From: the human T2T-CHM13v2.0 reference genome, Homo sapiens
NCBI RefSeq assembly: GCF_009914755.1
Contig: NC_060929.1
Length of the DNA stretch: 64,000 bases
Strand: one strand, 5' to 3'
The first letter of the stretch is position 1. Each line of letters opens with the position of its first letter. The notes beneath the pieces were generated by a model. It did no database searches. It saw only the letters and a list, made by a program, of their open reading frames with translations, and was not told where the DNA came from. This document shows positions 49,439-62,630 of the stretch, one piece after another. A program made the position numbers and the translations under genes.

Positions 49439-51704
49439 CAGAATAGCATCTTACACTTAAACTTATGCATCTCCTGTAACATTTTGAACAGTATCTTGTA
49501 CATACCAGTGTTAATAATTTTTGTATTAACTTTGTAAAATATTTAATCCACACCTTAAAGAACATTGAAATTAAACCTTTATAACAGTTTTAAGAAATAA
49601 CAGATATTTTAATCAAAATTTTTTATTTATTTAATTTTATTTTAATCCAATGGACAAATAGGGAGGCATTTGTTTTTCTCACTTAATTACAGTTTGAGCC
49701 CTGAGTCAACCTTTTCTCTGCACTTGGGACCTTCCCATTTTCTAGCAGGCTAAGTTCTTTGTCAGTGTACTGGTTGCTATGTAAGAGCCATAACATGTAA
49801 ATTGAGATATAGAATGGAACCCTAGACACCTAGAAAAGCGAACACCTAATTCCTTACTATCCATAACTGGGAGCTTCATCACTAATATTGCGGAAAAGTA
49901 CATTTTTCATTATCAGAAATAACAGACTAGATTTCTCCAGTACCTACTTGAGAAATAATACATTCGAGGATTTGTGGTGAAAATTAATGATCTTAGTAGT
50001 ACTCTAGTGGCCTAAAATCCTTAATGAACATCCCTAAACACCTTACCTAATGCCAAGAAAAGGCAGGCACTGTGGGGAACAAAGAAGCCCATAATTACTT
50101 AGCTTTTTATTTAAATGATCTTGCAAATTGTTGAGTTTCTTCTGACACAATTTGGAGTGTAGACTTTTTTATTCCAGAACGTGTCTAAGTGTTAAGGACA
50201 TCACATGTCCTAACACATGTGGTTGGAGGGTGGTGAATAATAAGTAGTTACAAAGTATCCCTGTGCCCAGTAACTCAAGTTCCATGGGAGAAATGAGTCT
50301 TTACTTTAGTGGAGCCGACTTGTCAGTGGCCACTCACACAGCTGTAGTCTATCAAATGTTAATAGAAGATTGTAATGAATATTTGAATAGGCTGGAGCTC
50401 TACAAGTAAGAAATGGCTGTGTATTCAGAGTCATTTTACAAACTGCAGCTAACTTCAGAAAATTAAGATTGCACATTCCTTCCTTCCATCTCATTTATTT
50501 TTTCAACTGTATTTTGAAGTCATAGGGTAGAATCTGAATCATACCACTAATGTCTCTTTGTTCTCGGTTCTACTGCTTTCACAGAAATGCTGTAGGCAGC
50601 CAACCAGAATGACTAATTTACTGGAGAAGTGATCAGAGTCCATTCAGTTGCCACTATAAAATAATTCAAGTAAGACAATGGTGACTGCTTGCACTCCATA
50701 GCAAAAATTTGTCCCAGAAACCACTTGATTCACCCCCAACATATTCATCCATGAAGTTAAAAGTCTCATCTAGAACATCCTGTTCATAATCAATTTGTTT
50801 TTCATATTATAAGTTAAGAAATGAAAATAGAAGGGATTTTTTAAAGGTAAAACAAAAACATTTTTCACATCACTCAACTACGTTTTGCTTTACAAAATTT
50901 AAATATTCTAAATACTATTTTTATTGTATTTAGAAGCAAAATTGCCTTACCTGAGCTAGTTTCAAAAGAGGTTCTTTGTTGTATTGCTCTAGCAGGTGTT
51001 AAATATTCAAGAACACATGAATATATACTGGGTTTGTCATTTTTAATCTCTTAAAAATGTTATTCACCAAGAGCATAATAATAAATACCAATAAACTTAG
51101 GCTCAGAATATAGTTATAATAGAATTACAAAGACTCTCATATTTGCCATTACTCCAAAAGGACTGAGTTACCCAGTTGCATGCACTTTCAATGGGTTCTG
51201 TCAGATAAACTGCATTTTACAACTCACTCACCACCAACTGAGATTTTCTTCGAGTATGTAACTACCAAACATTTTATACCTGATTTTATCCATTTTTAAA
51301 TAGAGGGAGTTAAGTATTCAAACAGCTATTCAATATTTGGAATCACTGTTTCCCTATAGTTTTAAAGGTAAACAACTGGAATTAGATTATTATAAACAGT
51401 AATATTTGTCAAAACATTCAGTTTTGGAGTCAATCTTTCCAGAAAATTGCTACTCAAAACCAAATGAAATAAACAGATAATAAAAGAAGACCACAATATA
51501 GACAGAGATATAATAGAAAGATAAATAGACTAGAAATATAACAGAATGCAATGCTTCCAGTCTCAAAAATTGTAATATTGTTTATGCTCGCCCTCCCCTT
51601 AGTATAATAAATAGAGCCCATTCTTACAGGATAGGGATGGCTTACACAGAAAAATTGGTAGGACTCAGAAATGTCATGCAGAACATCAAAAGAATATAAT
51701 TCCA

Positions 51705-52175
51705 TAAATAGCCCTGTGCCCAGTCCCCACTTTCAGACTTATTTCTTACCTATTTTCATCTTCCTTATTCTTCGTAAAAATATTAAGCTATTTTTAATTC
51801 CCTAAACATGGCAGGCCTTCTCACATCTCCCTGTCTTTAGGAATAATGTTTTCTATTCCTTCCATCTGATAAATTCCTGTTTGACCATGTTTTTGCCCAA
51901 ACATAACTTCCTCTGGGAACTTTTCTCTTACTGCCAAAGAAAGCCTGGATTCTCTTTCCTTTATGTTCCCTCCATGTATTATACAGCTACATTATGAGAA
52001 ATGCTCTCATTTTATTCATTTTACCATAATTATGTACATATTTTCCTCCCCACTAATCACTTATTAAGCACCTTTTTTGAGATCAAGAATTATATCTGAT
52101 TCCTAATATCTGTTACTGTGCCTGGCACATTATAGGTGATCAGTAGATTTTTTTAAGGAATCAACTGAGGGAATT
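51705..52175 (+). mobile_element. L2 3' end
   Basis: ACTTCCTCTGGGAACTTTTC..ACTGTGCCTGGCACATTATAGGTGATCAGTAGAT. Confidence 0.65.
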
Positions 52176-52468
52176 AAAATAGCAAACTTAAAAATTCTGC
52201 CTGAAGTTTTATAAGGGATGTTTTGAAGTGGGAACTAAGGAAGTATATATTAACAACACTTTTATGAATGTTTCTAGGTGGGGAGTTCAAAATAGCAACT
52301 CTAGAGCTAATTAGAGTTGTCATGAAACTAAACTCAATAAAGGAAAATAATATGTAGATAGAAGAAAAGAGAGCTCAATTACTGATCTATAGGAGTTTAC
52401 TTTTCACAAATTTTAGAGGTGAGGAAAGGAAGAAAAAGAGCGGACTACCAAGCGTTAAGAAAGGCAGG

Positions 52469-52795
52469 CATCATTCTCAGGAAACTAACACAGGAGGAGA
52501 AAACCAAACACCGCATGGTCTCACTCATAAGTGGGGGTTGAACAATGAGAACACATGGACACAGGGAGGGGAACAACACACACCAGGGCCTGTGGCGGGG
52601 GGTGGGCAAGGGAGGGAGAGTATTAAGACAAATACCTAATGCATGCGGGGCTTAAAACCTAGATAATGGGTTGATGGGTGCAGCCAACCGCCATGACACA
52701 TGCATACCTATGTAACAAACCTGCACATTCTGCACACGTATCCCAGAACTTAAAATAAAAATAAAAATAAATTTTAAAAAAAAATTTTAAAAAAG
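52469..52795 (+). mobile_element. L1PA8/10-like 3' end, followed by an L1MA 3' fragment (~52805-52905)
   Basis: AATGCATGCGGGGCTTAAAACCTAGAT 3'UTR signature, A-rich tail, AAAGGCAGG duplicated on both sides. Confidence 0.9.
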
Positions 52796-52929
52796 AATAA
52801 AGGCAGGAATGAGACCTACTATTTGATAGCATAATAGGGTAACTATAGTCAATAATAACTTAATTGTATATTTTTAAATAAAGATATAATTGGTTTGTTT
52901 GTAACAATCTCTGCCTGTAATAAAGGTAG

Positions 52930-53490
52930 AAGACTGTGCTGGAAGCCAAGTGAAGTTTTTCCTGAGGGAGGAAATGGCCAACTCAGTGACATGCTGCTAA
53001 GAATGTGAGTAAAGTCAGTATAAAGTGTCCCTTGGACTGGGCAATACATAGGCTTTTGGTTATCTTGACAAGAGCAATTTGTTTTCAGTAGTGGGATGAA
53101 AGCCAGATCAGAGTAGGTTAGAGATTGAATGGGAGGTGAGGAAGTGGAGACAGCGCACAGTTAAGTAGTTGAGATATTTGGTTGAGAAAAGGGAGAGAGA
53201 AATGGAAAGGGGCTAGCTGAAAGGAATGTGGAGCCAAGAAAGAATTGTTTTTACCATGGAAGATATGAATGGCCCACTAGAAAAGGACAGATTGGCATTG
53301 TCGGAGAGAAGAGATAACTCCCAGAGAAAAGGCTGTAAGTATTTGAGAGGTGATGAGATCCAGAGCACAGGCAGGGGCTTGGCCATTGGTCCCAGGTTTG
53401 CTCTATCCGTTAACAAGGAAAGAACAGATACAGGTGTGAAAGCAAGCAGGTTCCCATGCATGACAGCAGGAAGATGAGAGCTAATTTCAT
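52930..53490 (-). mobile_element. L2 fragment
   Basis: AAGCCAGATCAGAGTAGGTTAGAGATTGAATGGGAGGTGAGGAAGTGGAGACAGCG. Confidence 0.8.
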
Positions 53491-53559
53491 CTCAAAACTC
53501 TTGGAGTTGTAATTAACACCATATTCTTTAACTCATGCCAAAAGGATATAGTTTACATC

Positions 53560-53930
53560 TGTGTCAGTCAGGATACGCTATGTATTGTAGTGGTAATAGA
53601 CAATCCCAGATCTCAATGGCTAACAGTAACAAGAGTGTTTTTCCCATTCACACTGTTGTGCCTATCACAAATCAGCTATAACTTGACTCCACTTTGCCCT
53701 TTACCTGGAACTTTGCTGATGGTCATTCACTGGGAAAAGGGAATAATCCAACTATGCTTTTACTCTTCTGCCTGAAAGTGACATACCTCACTTCTGCTCA
53801 TACTTCGCTGGCTAAACCACATCAAAATGGCATGCCTGAGTTAAATAGTGCAGGAATGTATAACCTTCCTACAGGAAGAGACATTGCAGAGGAGGAAAGC
53901 CGTGGGTGAAGAGTTACACAATCTATGACA
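53560..53930 (+). mobile_element. Old MLT1 (I/J/L-like) LTR
   Basis: TGTGTCAGTCAGGATA..ATCTCAATGGCT..CACTTCTGCTCATACTTCGCTGGCTAAA..ACAATCTATGACA. Confidence 0.7.
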
Positions 53931-56914
53931 AGTCCTATAAATAGTTCATTCATGTCTTTTAGTTAGTAAGTCTGAGGCAAAGCTAATATCCCAAGTCATG
54001 GATTTTTTTTTACTCCTGTGACTACCTATTCTCCACATCCATGCTTGCTAGACTAAAATGACTAACAATTACTCATGTATTCTAGAGCCTTCACTGAGCT
54101 ATTACCATTAGCTAAGCTGTCATTCCAGCTGTAGCTCTAGTCTTCCCTTGGAAGACAGATGGTTACAGGTGGTTTCTGCCATTCAGTCATTGAATAAGTA
54201 TTTACTATACACTAGCTCTATCGAGGTCAGTAAGATCCAGCCCTACTATAAAGGAAAGTATTATATTTTCCACATGTTTAATGGGTAAAATATACTCTTT
54301 ATGATCTCATTCATGTGGTTGAATATCTCCTAGGTTTGAGAAAACTATTGGAAAACATTAAATGTGCAATATAGGTGTTGACCCGTAAATTGAATTATGC
54401 ATTCACTATATCTTATGATTTTCTCTTTCTTGGAGAAGAAGTGCCTGTGAGAAGTTCTATCCTTTGGAATTGTGCCAGAATTGTGCCATTTTTACTCAAA
54501 ACAACATAACAAGTGGAAAAAAATTAATCACTTTATTAATTAATTGGAAAACTGTGTGGGATAGACACATTGGGGGAACGCTATAAGATTGAGCCTTGCT
54601 CTGCTAAGGTTCAAAATGCAGAAAGATTATTTTAAGTTGTAGAATTTGGTAACAGACAAGAGAAAGAAAGCAAGGTGGAATTAGCTCATCTATAAATAAA
54701 GAAATATAAGACTTCCATAAGCCTTGCATAAATTTAAACACCCTCATTGATAATTGACCAGCATAGCAATAAGATAGCAGAATATTTTCTAGCAAATACA
54801 GTTTACCCTTTAAACAAAGTTCTTGGTGGTATTTTTCTATATTTAAAATGATTCCTGTCCAGGGCATATTGCTACTTTGTATTCCTCTTGATATTTTCAT
54901 TTAAAAGAGAGCCGCTGTGCAAAATAATGTCCTTGTCTGTCCCTTCCTCATACAAACCTCCAATCAAATTTAATAAAGCTAGTTTGATACAATGCCAGCC
55001 TACACTTGGTTTACCCTTGGTCGACTTTAATAGGGTCAAAAATATTTTCGCATTGGCAGTGTACGCATTAATCATTTTTCCAGAAGATTTAGAAAATTGG
55101 AAGAGACAAGGCCAAGCAAAATTTTAAATTAATTGGGCCTACCCCAGCCTTCCAGGGTCACCTTGTGGCAGTTGTCCCACATTTTCCAGGTCACGGAGTT
55201 CCTGTGTTTCCTACAGCTGCCATGAGGAGAGATCCATGCTGTGGGCACACAAAGGTGAAAGAATTTCTCTCAGAAAGTGCGAATTTTCCTACGGCAACCA
55301 CAACAATTGCAGTTTCCAGATTGTCGCCAGACACCAACCACTTAAATAATGCATGCTCGGCTGACGCCTCCACTTGTGCATTTTCTAATCGAGTAGTCAG
55401 GAAAATTTGCAAACACTCTGTCATTTACCATAAATCCACTGCCTACTCATAACTACAGAGTAATTAATTTTAGTGCTGCTCAGAATTATTAATTTCAGCC
55501 AGAAAAAATCTCTTTTCACAACTGCCATGTCCCCCATTTTATTTTCTTCCACCAATATTCATCAAAAAGGTTGAAACGGTTTTCTCATAGGAGAAAGCTT
55601 ATTCAGAGTAATGTTATTGAGAGTCTAGTGTAATAGCAGTAACGGAATCTATATTTCTGGGTCTAATCCACAATCATGTGTCCAGAGTGTCCGGCTGACT
55701 CACCAGATGAAATTGGCAACATAAAATGAAGGCTTTTATGGAAGAAATGGTATAGTAGTCCGTAAAGCCTTACTATGTGATAGACAATCAACCTCAGAGT
55801 TTGGTTCTTCTAATATAAGGTAGTAATCATCTATACCCTCAGTTCAGAAAACACCTTCAGCCTTTTAAGAAAATTAGCAAATATTATTTTCCACTTGTTA
55901 AATAATCTTAGCATTTGACCAAAAAGAAAGTAAGAATCTTTATCAAGTTCAAAAATAACTTGTAGTGGAATACACAATTACGAATACACTGGAATAAAAT
56001 TCTCAGCAATCACGTGTATATCTAACATACACAGAATGAAAATTGAGCATTAAATATGGTGCATTTTCTCTTGATAAAGCTAAATCGGGCACTCTCATTT
56101 GACATTAGTTCCCTGCTAAAGCAGCTGCATAATATGCCATAAGAATGTCCATATTATAAATAGGTAATGAGCATGAGAAAATTGGTACAGCTTTGTTTGA
56201 CTAATGGCCAGATCGCTCCCTATCAGTAGCAGGAACACATAGCTAGCACAAGTATTGGCACTTTAATTGCCATGGAAGATTTCGTTTCCACTTTCTACTG
56301 CATGAATGATCAAGAAAAAAATGAAGGAAAAGTAAACTAACATCTAAAGCTGTAAACATGACTCACTGGGAAATCAGACATGGTTAAGTAAATTCCAGGA
56401 TGTTTGTGGTTATCTGGGTCTAAACACTGCTGATAGTTCTGACTGCTCTTATTTTTAACTGTTTTTCCCCTGGGTGCTTCTTAGCCCAAGTGCATTCTTA
56501 TAAAGACCTTCAACCTTTGATTATGAACACTCTCTGATTGCAGTATAGCAAAGAAGAGATGTGTCAGTACTAATGAGACTACCTAGTAGAATACAAAATG
56601 CTCTCACCAAGACCAAAACCTAGTGAGAAACTAACGACTGAAGAGCAAGGGTGACAAAACCTGACATTGTTTCCATCTTTATGTGTATCTTTTCTTCATA
56701 AGGTAGAGTCATTTTGAGATGATGTAACTACAGTTATATTAAAATTAGAAAGTTCCTAAAAGAGATCAAGTCACTGACACATAGAAAAAGATCATAAACA
56801 GGAAAAATGTGTCAGAAGGGAGTTTTTAAAATAATCTTTTTGAACCTCAGAACTATATGGGAATCTTGAGGCAATTGACACACTTGTGGAGAGTTAAAAA
56901 GAGTCACCTAAAAC

Positions 56915-57060
56915 CTTAGGCTCAGTAGCATCTGCCCCACCTGGCAATCTGTTAGAAATGCAGACACTCAGTCCCCACCCCACACCTACTGAATCTGAAT
57001 CTGCATGTTGACAAGATCCAGGTAATTCACGAGTGCATTAAAGTTTGAGAAGCACCAGTC
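56915..57060. mobile_element. MER5A/B (hAT-Charlie)
   Basis: TGTTAGAAATGCAGACACTCAGTCCCCACCCCACACCTACTGAATCTGAATCTGCA..AAAGTTTGAGAAGCACCAG. Confidence 0.85.
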
Positions 57061-58879
57061 TAAAACATCGTTGTAGAAGGTAAAGAAATTTCACAAATAT
57101 TTCACAAATCATTGCCAAAAATCAGCTTGCCACTTCTATTTCAAGCTAACTAATTGCCTTCTAGGTCTACGCTTCTTTTTTTCTCCCTCAAGTTTTTCAC
57201 ACACACTAATAACCTTGTTCCAGACAAGGATACAATGAGCACGTCTTCAAGAAATGCATCTTCATTTCAAGTCAAGGCTGGGCCAACATAAGAATCAAGC
57301 AAAGAAAATGAAAAAGCTAACATCTCTGTTGTGCTATTAAAGGTTCTGGGTTTATATCCATGGGTCATCTCACCTCTCCCAATCTGGCCTCTTGTTTAGA
57401 GTGACAGATTTAACAAACATGTCTTTGAAACTGTAATTTTTTATTTTCTTGGTTATGGGGCAAAGCCCCAAGATTACTCTCAAACTGATGAAACAAAATT
57501 ATCTATTTAAAAAAATTATTCAATTGCCTGGACTATGATAAAAGCCCATAAGGAAAAGGGAGAAAAAAGGAGAAAAAAAGGAACGTTTTTTAAATCACTG
57601 TGATAAATAATTCAAACATTGTATAACTAATCCGGAAAGTGAACAGAGTTCAACCCCATTAATTAGTCATTACAAACTACTGATTTGTACAATAACATCA
57701 GTGGTGCTTCTGAAGTAAAATACTAAGGAGTTATGTCCAGGGTGGAGCTAAGATACAGGACTTTTCCAAACACATGAATTTTTGCTGGAAAGATTTGCAA
57801 CTAAATTGAGCCACTATTGAAACTCTACATTGTTTAATTTTATTTTTTTCGATTAATCACATACATTTAAATTTTAATTCATGATATTTTGTTAAAAGCA
57901 TTATTGTGCGATCTTCACTGTATTTTGACAGAAAGCTGAATTCTTGTTCACAAGTATAGGATTTGTTTAGCTCCAGGCATCTGTGTTTGGATTACAAGAA
58001 TGCTGATTGGTTCACTGCCAGGGGCACCCAGAGGTCAAGCTGTCCTTTTTAAAAGTCTCTCTCTCTCTCCCCTACCCCCCTTTTTTGTCTCATTAATCAG
58101 AGTTAAAAGACAGTGGAAAAAGCAATGACTTGAAATCATTTAATTCTTTTTCAAGGCTATTTTTAAAAGCAGAACTCAATGTTGGTGTGAGGTCGAGTCA
58201 CGTGAGTGCAGATCACACTGGCACACTTCGGACAGGTGACCTGAAACCTTTCAAAATGACATCTGTCACAGAGACAGACACAAGTTTTTTAGCCCAAGAG
58301 CTTGTTTCCTGACATTTCATTTTTCATCAGATTTTGAGAGAAGGGAAAAAAGATGAACTTGAAAAAGTCTTGCCAGGGGCAGAAATTAAGATCAGGCTTT
58401 CTGCAGCTGCCTGACTCACCTTTAAAGGTTAAAGGTCTAGCAAAAGTGAACAAAAAAGATCTCAGCTTGATGTTATTGGATAAAAGGACATGTTATTACT
58501 TTAAATATGTTTCTGAGACTTGCATAACCATTAGGCAGCATTACAGGAGAAATGGAATCAGAGTGAGATTACAGACCCATTTTAAATCCCAATTTTAGAG
58601 TTTAGTCATGGAGCAAATCAAATCCAACCTCACCCATTCATCTGGCACAAAAGATGAAATCCACAGGTGCATGAATTTTCTCAAGAATTGAATAATTTCC
58701 TGCTCCTATGATATTGAAATGGCTACTGAAATTTAGACAAGGTATAGAAATTCTTACTTTGGAGTAGAAAGACTTCTGCACTAAAATATCTACATGGTTT
58801 ATCTTGACTAAAAACATTAGGGAAAACATATGCTTTTGAATAATCAAAAGAGAAAATAATTGGGAGTCAGAAAAATACA

Positions 58880-59150
58880 TGGGCTATAGTATTAGCTCTA
58901 GTAAAAATGTGAACTTGGGCAAGTGATATTTTCATTTCAGTTTTATCTTCTATAAAATGGGGGAAATAATATCTATCTCATGGAGTCCCAGCGAGGATAA
59001 AACAGGAATTATCCTAATGTAATTGCATGCTGCCAAATATAAAATAGTGTATCCATGGGTGGAAACCATATTAGCCTCATCTTTTTCTTTCAAGTCCTGA
59101 ATACAGAACCTGACAAACGCAGCATTTGATAAATGGCTCTTGATTTGAAA
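58880..59150 (+). mobile_element. MIR plus L2 tail fragments
   Basis: TGTGAACTTGGGCAAGTGA..CAGTTTTATCTTCTATAAAATGGGG. Confidence 0.65.
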
Positions 59151-59964
59151 CGGAAGGTACTACTTTCTTTATTATTAGTTAATCTATTATTTTTAAAACT
59201 GAATCCAAGAGATTTTTCAATGAGAAACAGCATGATTAGAGGTTGGGAAATGTTTTGTTTTGTTTGTTGGCTTTTTAGATTATCTCCAAATAAGGATATA
59301 TGAGCAAGAACACTAAGCGACTAAGCATAGTTCAGTTGATATAATTTTCAATTCTATGGAACCAGGCAAATCAAACTTATTTGGGACAGAATTGTTCATA
59401 TTTTCCAAAATAATGGTTCATATATTGCCAACTGGGTAACGTTACCTTGACTATCAAATGAGGAATTTGATGCTCATCTTAGCCAAAATGCTCATCTTAG
59501 TATACAATCTGAGAAAATACAGAATTAACTGGCTAAGTAACAGGAGCTAAATATTCTAGATCTGGTCAATTCTTTGTGAAAACCAGGCTCATCTTGATAA
59601 GCACACCATCATAGCAGTCTCAAAATACTGACTATTTGTATATTCTACTGACAACTCCTTCCTACAAAAATAGGACATTATCATTGTAAACAGGGCTTAC
59701 ACATTTATGATACTTAACTTACAATACTTATTAAACTATTCAACAAGTTAAGAGGAAAGTGCATGGCAGGATTAAGGCCCACAAACCTGGATATTTGGAT
59801 ATGACATCTACTCTTGTAGGTGAATTGGGATCCAGAACTTCCTGCCCCACTGATAATCCTACTTTTAAATCTTTTTTTCTATTCTACTGTTTAACACGCT
59901 TTCCACTAACACATATAAGTAAGTGAAACTAATGTGCAAGGTTTTCATGTCAGAGAAATCTAGT

Positions 59965-60311
59965 TGTACTAGTTCGTTTACACACTCCTGATAAAGACAT
60001 ATCTGAGACTAATTTATAAATAAAAAGAGGTTTAATGGTGTGGCTGGGGAGGCCTCACAATCATGGCAGAAGGTGAAAGGCACATCTTACATGGTGGCAG
60101 ACAAGAGAGAATGAGAGCCAAGTGAAAGGGTTTCCCCTTATATAACCATCAGATCTCGTGAGACTTATTCACTACCATGAGAACAATATGGGGTAAACTG
60201 CCCCCACGAGTCAATTATCTCCCACCCGGTCCCTCAAACAACATGTGGGAATTATGGGAGCTACAATTCAAGATGAGATTTGGCGGGGGGCTATAGAGCC
60301 AAACCATATCA
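59965..60311 (-). mobile_element. THE1 (B/C-like) solo LTR
   Basis: Typical THE1 text with TG...CA ends and a perfect TSD CTAGT at 59960-59964 and 60312-60316. Confidence 0.95.
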
Positions 60312-61948
60312 CTAGTAGTACATGTTTTGAAATATATATCAATGAGACCATATTTATATGGTCCAGTTCTTATTTGAGAACAGATTCTGTTCTTCCTTTA
60401 AGTAAAATTATTATCATATTATTAATACATACTTCAGTTCTTGGTTTTGAGAAGAGACTCCACAAAAATAGTGAAAATAAGCTGGATCCTTGAATTTATT
60501 TTTTAAGCTCCTCTGGGTTTCCTTAAGAAATCATTGCCTGTTGCTATTTTGGAGAAGTTGTCTAGCTTTTATAGTTCACAGTCACTCTGGATTATTTTCC
60601 TGACAAGCCTGAGAAAAGCTTTCTTATACAAATTTATTCATTTTAGTTTGTTTTATGAGATATTTTCTGCATGCTTTGGATACTCAATAGTTCTTTTGAC
60701 AACAACTATTTTAGTACTGATCACGAAAGAAAAACGCATGAAAATTTTGTTCTATACTACCTGGAACTTAAAAGTATAGACATTTCTAAAGAAAAACTAC
60801 AAAAAAATTCCTCCAGTAATCTTTGTTGTACTTTAGACATATCTCCAGCCTTACTTAACATTGTAATTTCCTTTTTTTAGATTAATTAATGTGTTATATT
60901 GGATCATAATCTGTTTTTGTCTTTCAATATTCTTTTCCTCAATTCTTGCTGCAATTTCCAATACCAGATTTTAAAGGGGCAAATACATTTTTATTATTTC
61001 TACACTTGTGTGTAATCTGAGGTACATAATCTGTACATGTGTGCTTCTTAGGTAGTTACTTATTCACAATGACACAGAATTTAGGTACTAGAGTTTATAA
61101 GGGCTACTTGATATCCAAGAACAGGCTGGACTCATTTATGAGACTTTTAAAGGCATTCTTCTTCAAAACAAAAAGTTATATTGTTCTAACATCATGTGAA
61201 CTAAAGTGCCAGAGTTCAATTTCAGTTCAGACGTAGAAACCCAGAAGATATGAGTGGATTTCCAATTTGGTGAAATATTTCAGATTTAGTTTCTGAACTG
61301 TAGAAAAGGGATGATACAAACAAAGCAACACTTCAGAGTCTGTGAACAGACAGACATTTCATACATTGGGTGGCTTTGGGCAAATAGAAAGGGCTGTTAA
61401 CAGCTTTAGCTTCTTTTCCTCTGTACACCACTCACTTTTTAGTCAAGAAAGATGGTTCTTTTTATTTGAGTAGGGTTTACACCCGATCAGGTAAAAAGAC
61501 TGTGACACGGGTATTCGAATCTGTCCCCTCTGCTAGGCATCCCAATCTGCACTGATCATATTGAGGCAGTCTTTAGCAATAGCAAAGACTCGCAAACCAG
61601 GAAACTGCCACCTCTGCCATCTCATTTGAGGCACAGCTGTGCAAAACCTGCCTTCAGCCCCTCCCAGTGCCTTTCCTTTGGCCCATCTTTGTTCTCTCTG
61701 CCATTGTCTGACTTTGCCAAGGAAATCACGTATGACCCTTTCTTCTTTAAACAAAAATGGATTTTTTTCTTTTCTGATTACATGGGCATATACACTTGCT
61801 CATTAGAGATAGAAAAATGCCATCCAGGAGTGTATTTGCTTTCAGTCACTTTTTCCTAAGCCTTGTTTTATGTACATGAAGACGTACAAAACAATGATTT
61901 TGTATTCAAATTTTTCACCATATTATAAGTGTTTCTTCTTCATTGTAT

Positions 61949-62008
61949 TTAGGTTGGTGCAAAAGTAATTGTGGTTTTTGCCATTTAAAGTACATTGCAC
62001 CAACCTAA
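61949..62008. mobile_element. MADE1 (Mariner MITE), internally deleted
   Basis: TTAGGTTGGTGCAAAAGTAATTG ... TTGCACCAACCTAA inverted termini. Confidence 0.9.
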
Positions 62009-62477
62009 TGGAAACCATTTTTAAGACAATCTTACTGGCTGAATAATATTCTCTCAATATAATCTCAATAGTGTATTTTATGTTTTTTGTCCTTGTATAT
62101 ATCCCTTACTGAGTTTTTTACTCATTTTTAAATAATTTACATCTCTTTATAGATTAAAAATTAATCACTTGACATCTTCAAAAATATTTCCCAGATTATT
62201 ATTTGTCTTTTAAATCATTTAAGATTTGTTGATACTTTGAAGTTTTTTATATGTGTGTTAACAAATATATTGATCTTTAATTTTTTTATTTTTGCAGTTG
62301 CTCATTCTATTTTTCCTACTTTTGGTTTTTAAGTAGGAATTGTGTTTTAAGCTTGTAAGTTTTTCCCTAGGCAGGTGAGTTTTTGCTGGGCTTTTTCTAA
62401 ATTATGTCTTTTCTGAGATTTGATGGAGACAGTGTTGACTTGAAGTAAAGGGTTAGTGAATAGTAATCTTATTATGG

Positions 62478-62630
62478 CAGTTGCTCTCAAAGTTTGGTAT
62501 CCACAAGAATCATCTAGGATATTTGTCATAAGATTTTAATTTGAAGGGCTAGTGTGAGACCTAGGAATTTGCATTTTTAACAAGCACTAGGAGTGATTAT
62601 GCTGAGATAGTCTATGGACCACACTGGAAT
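62478..62630. mobile_element. MER5B-like (hAT-Charlie)
   Basis: CAGTTGCTCTCAAAGTTTGG..CCTAGGAATTTGCATTTTTAACAAGCAC..TGGACCACACT. Confidence 0.7.

Larger units (their letters stand above)
41200..55075 (-). pseudogene. Unprocessed relic of an IL31RA-like (Ig-less gp130-family) cytokine receptor
   Basis: Signal exon 55015-55075 (MINA..KIFLTLLKSTK|gtaaac). D2a 54807-54914 (AL/ENI/SSNMPWTG). D2b 54261-54444 (ECIIQFTGQHLYCTF..IIKS../VENI). D3a 51172-51325 (SGIKCLVVT..VKCSLSDRT/IESACNW). D3b 50951-~51067 (KNDK..LEYLTP..FETSS|gtaagg). D4a 50693-50769 (SGFWDKFLLWS|gcaag). D4b ~50360-50580 (ILPYD..APAYSNI). D5a 49858-50069 (H*VRCLGMFIKD..K*VLE/*SVISDNEKC). D5b+D6a 48656-48896 (VFQDGP/IETYIGE..KNGL..DGRAF). 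D6b 43114-43241 (VNGSFTIYK..LKTM|gtgag). TM 41834-~41935 (KIEALAVLV). Box1 ~41350-41410. STP(x5)IEK at 41234-41272. Confidence 0.78.

Noticed and set aside
49683-49830. Exon-like segment VPFYISIY..VPS as D5b of the IL31RA-like relic
   Set aside because: It lies only ~28 nt from the D5a donor, and 48790-48896 (VFQDGP..IETYIGE) fits D5b better; treated as chance.
51645-51705. ELYSFDVLHDI as the end of D2b
   Set aside because: 54261-54444 supplies a complete D2b with the two cysteines; this match is isolated next to an L2.
55165-55452. Overlapping 95-aa and 77-aa ORFs in unique DNA
   Set aside because: No recognisable domain or convincing splice context; may be 5'UTR or promoter remains of the relic, but this is unsupported.
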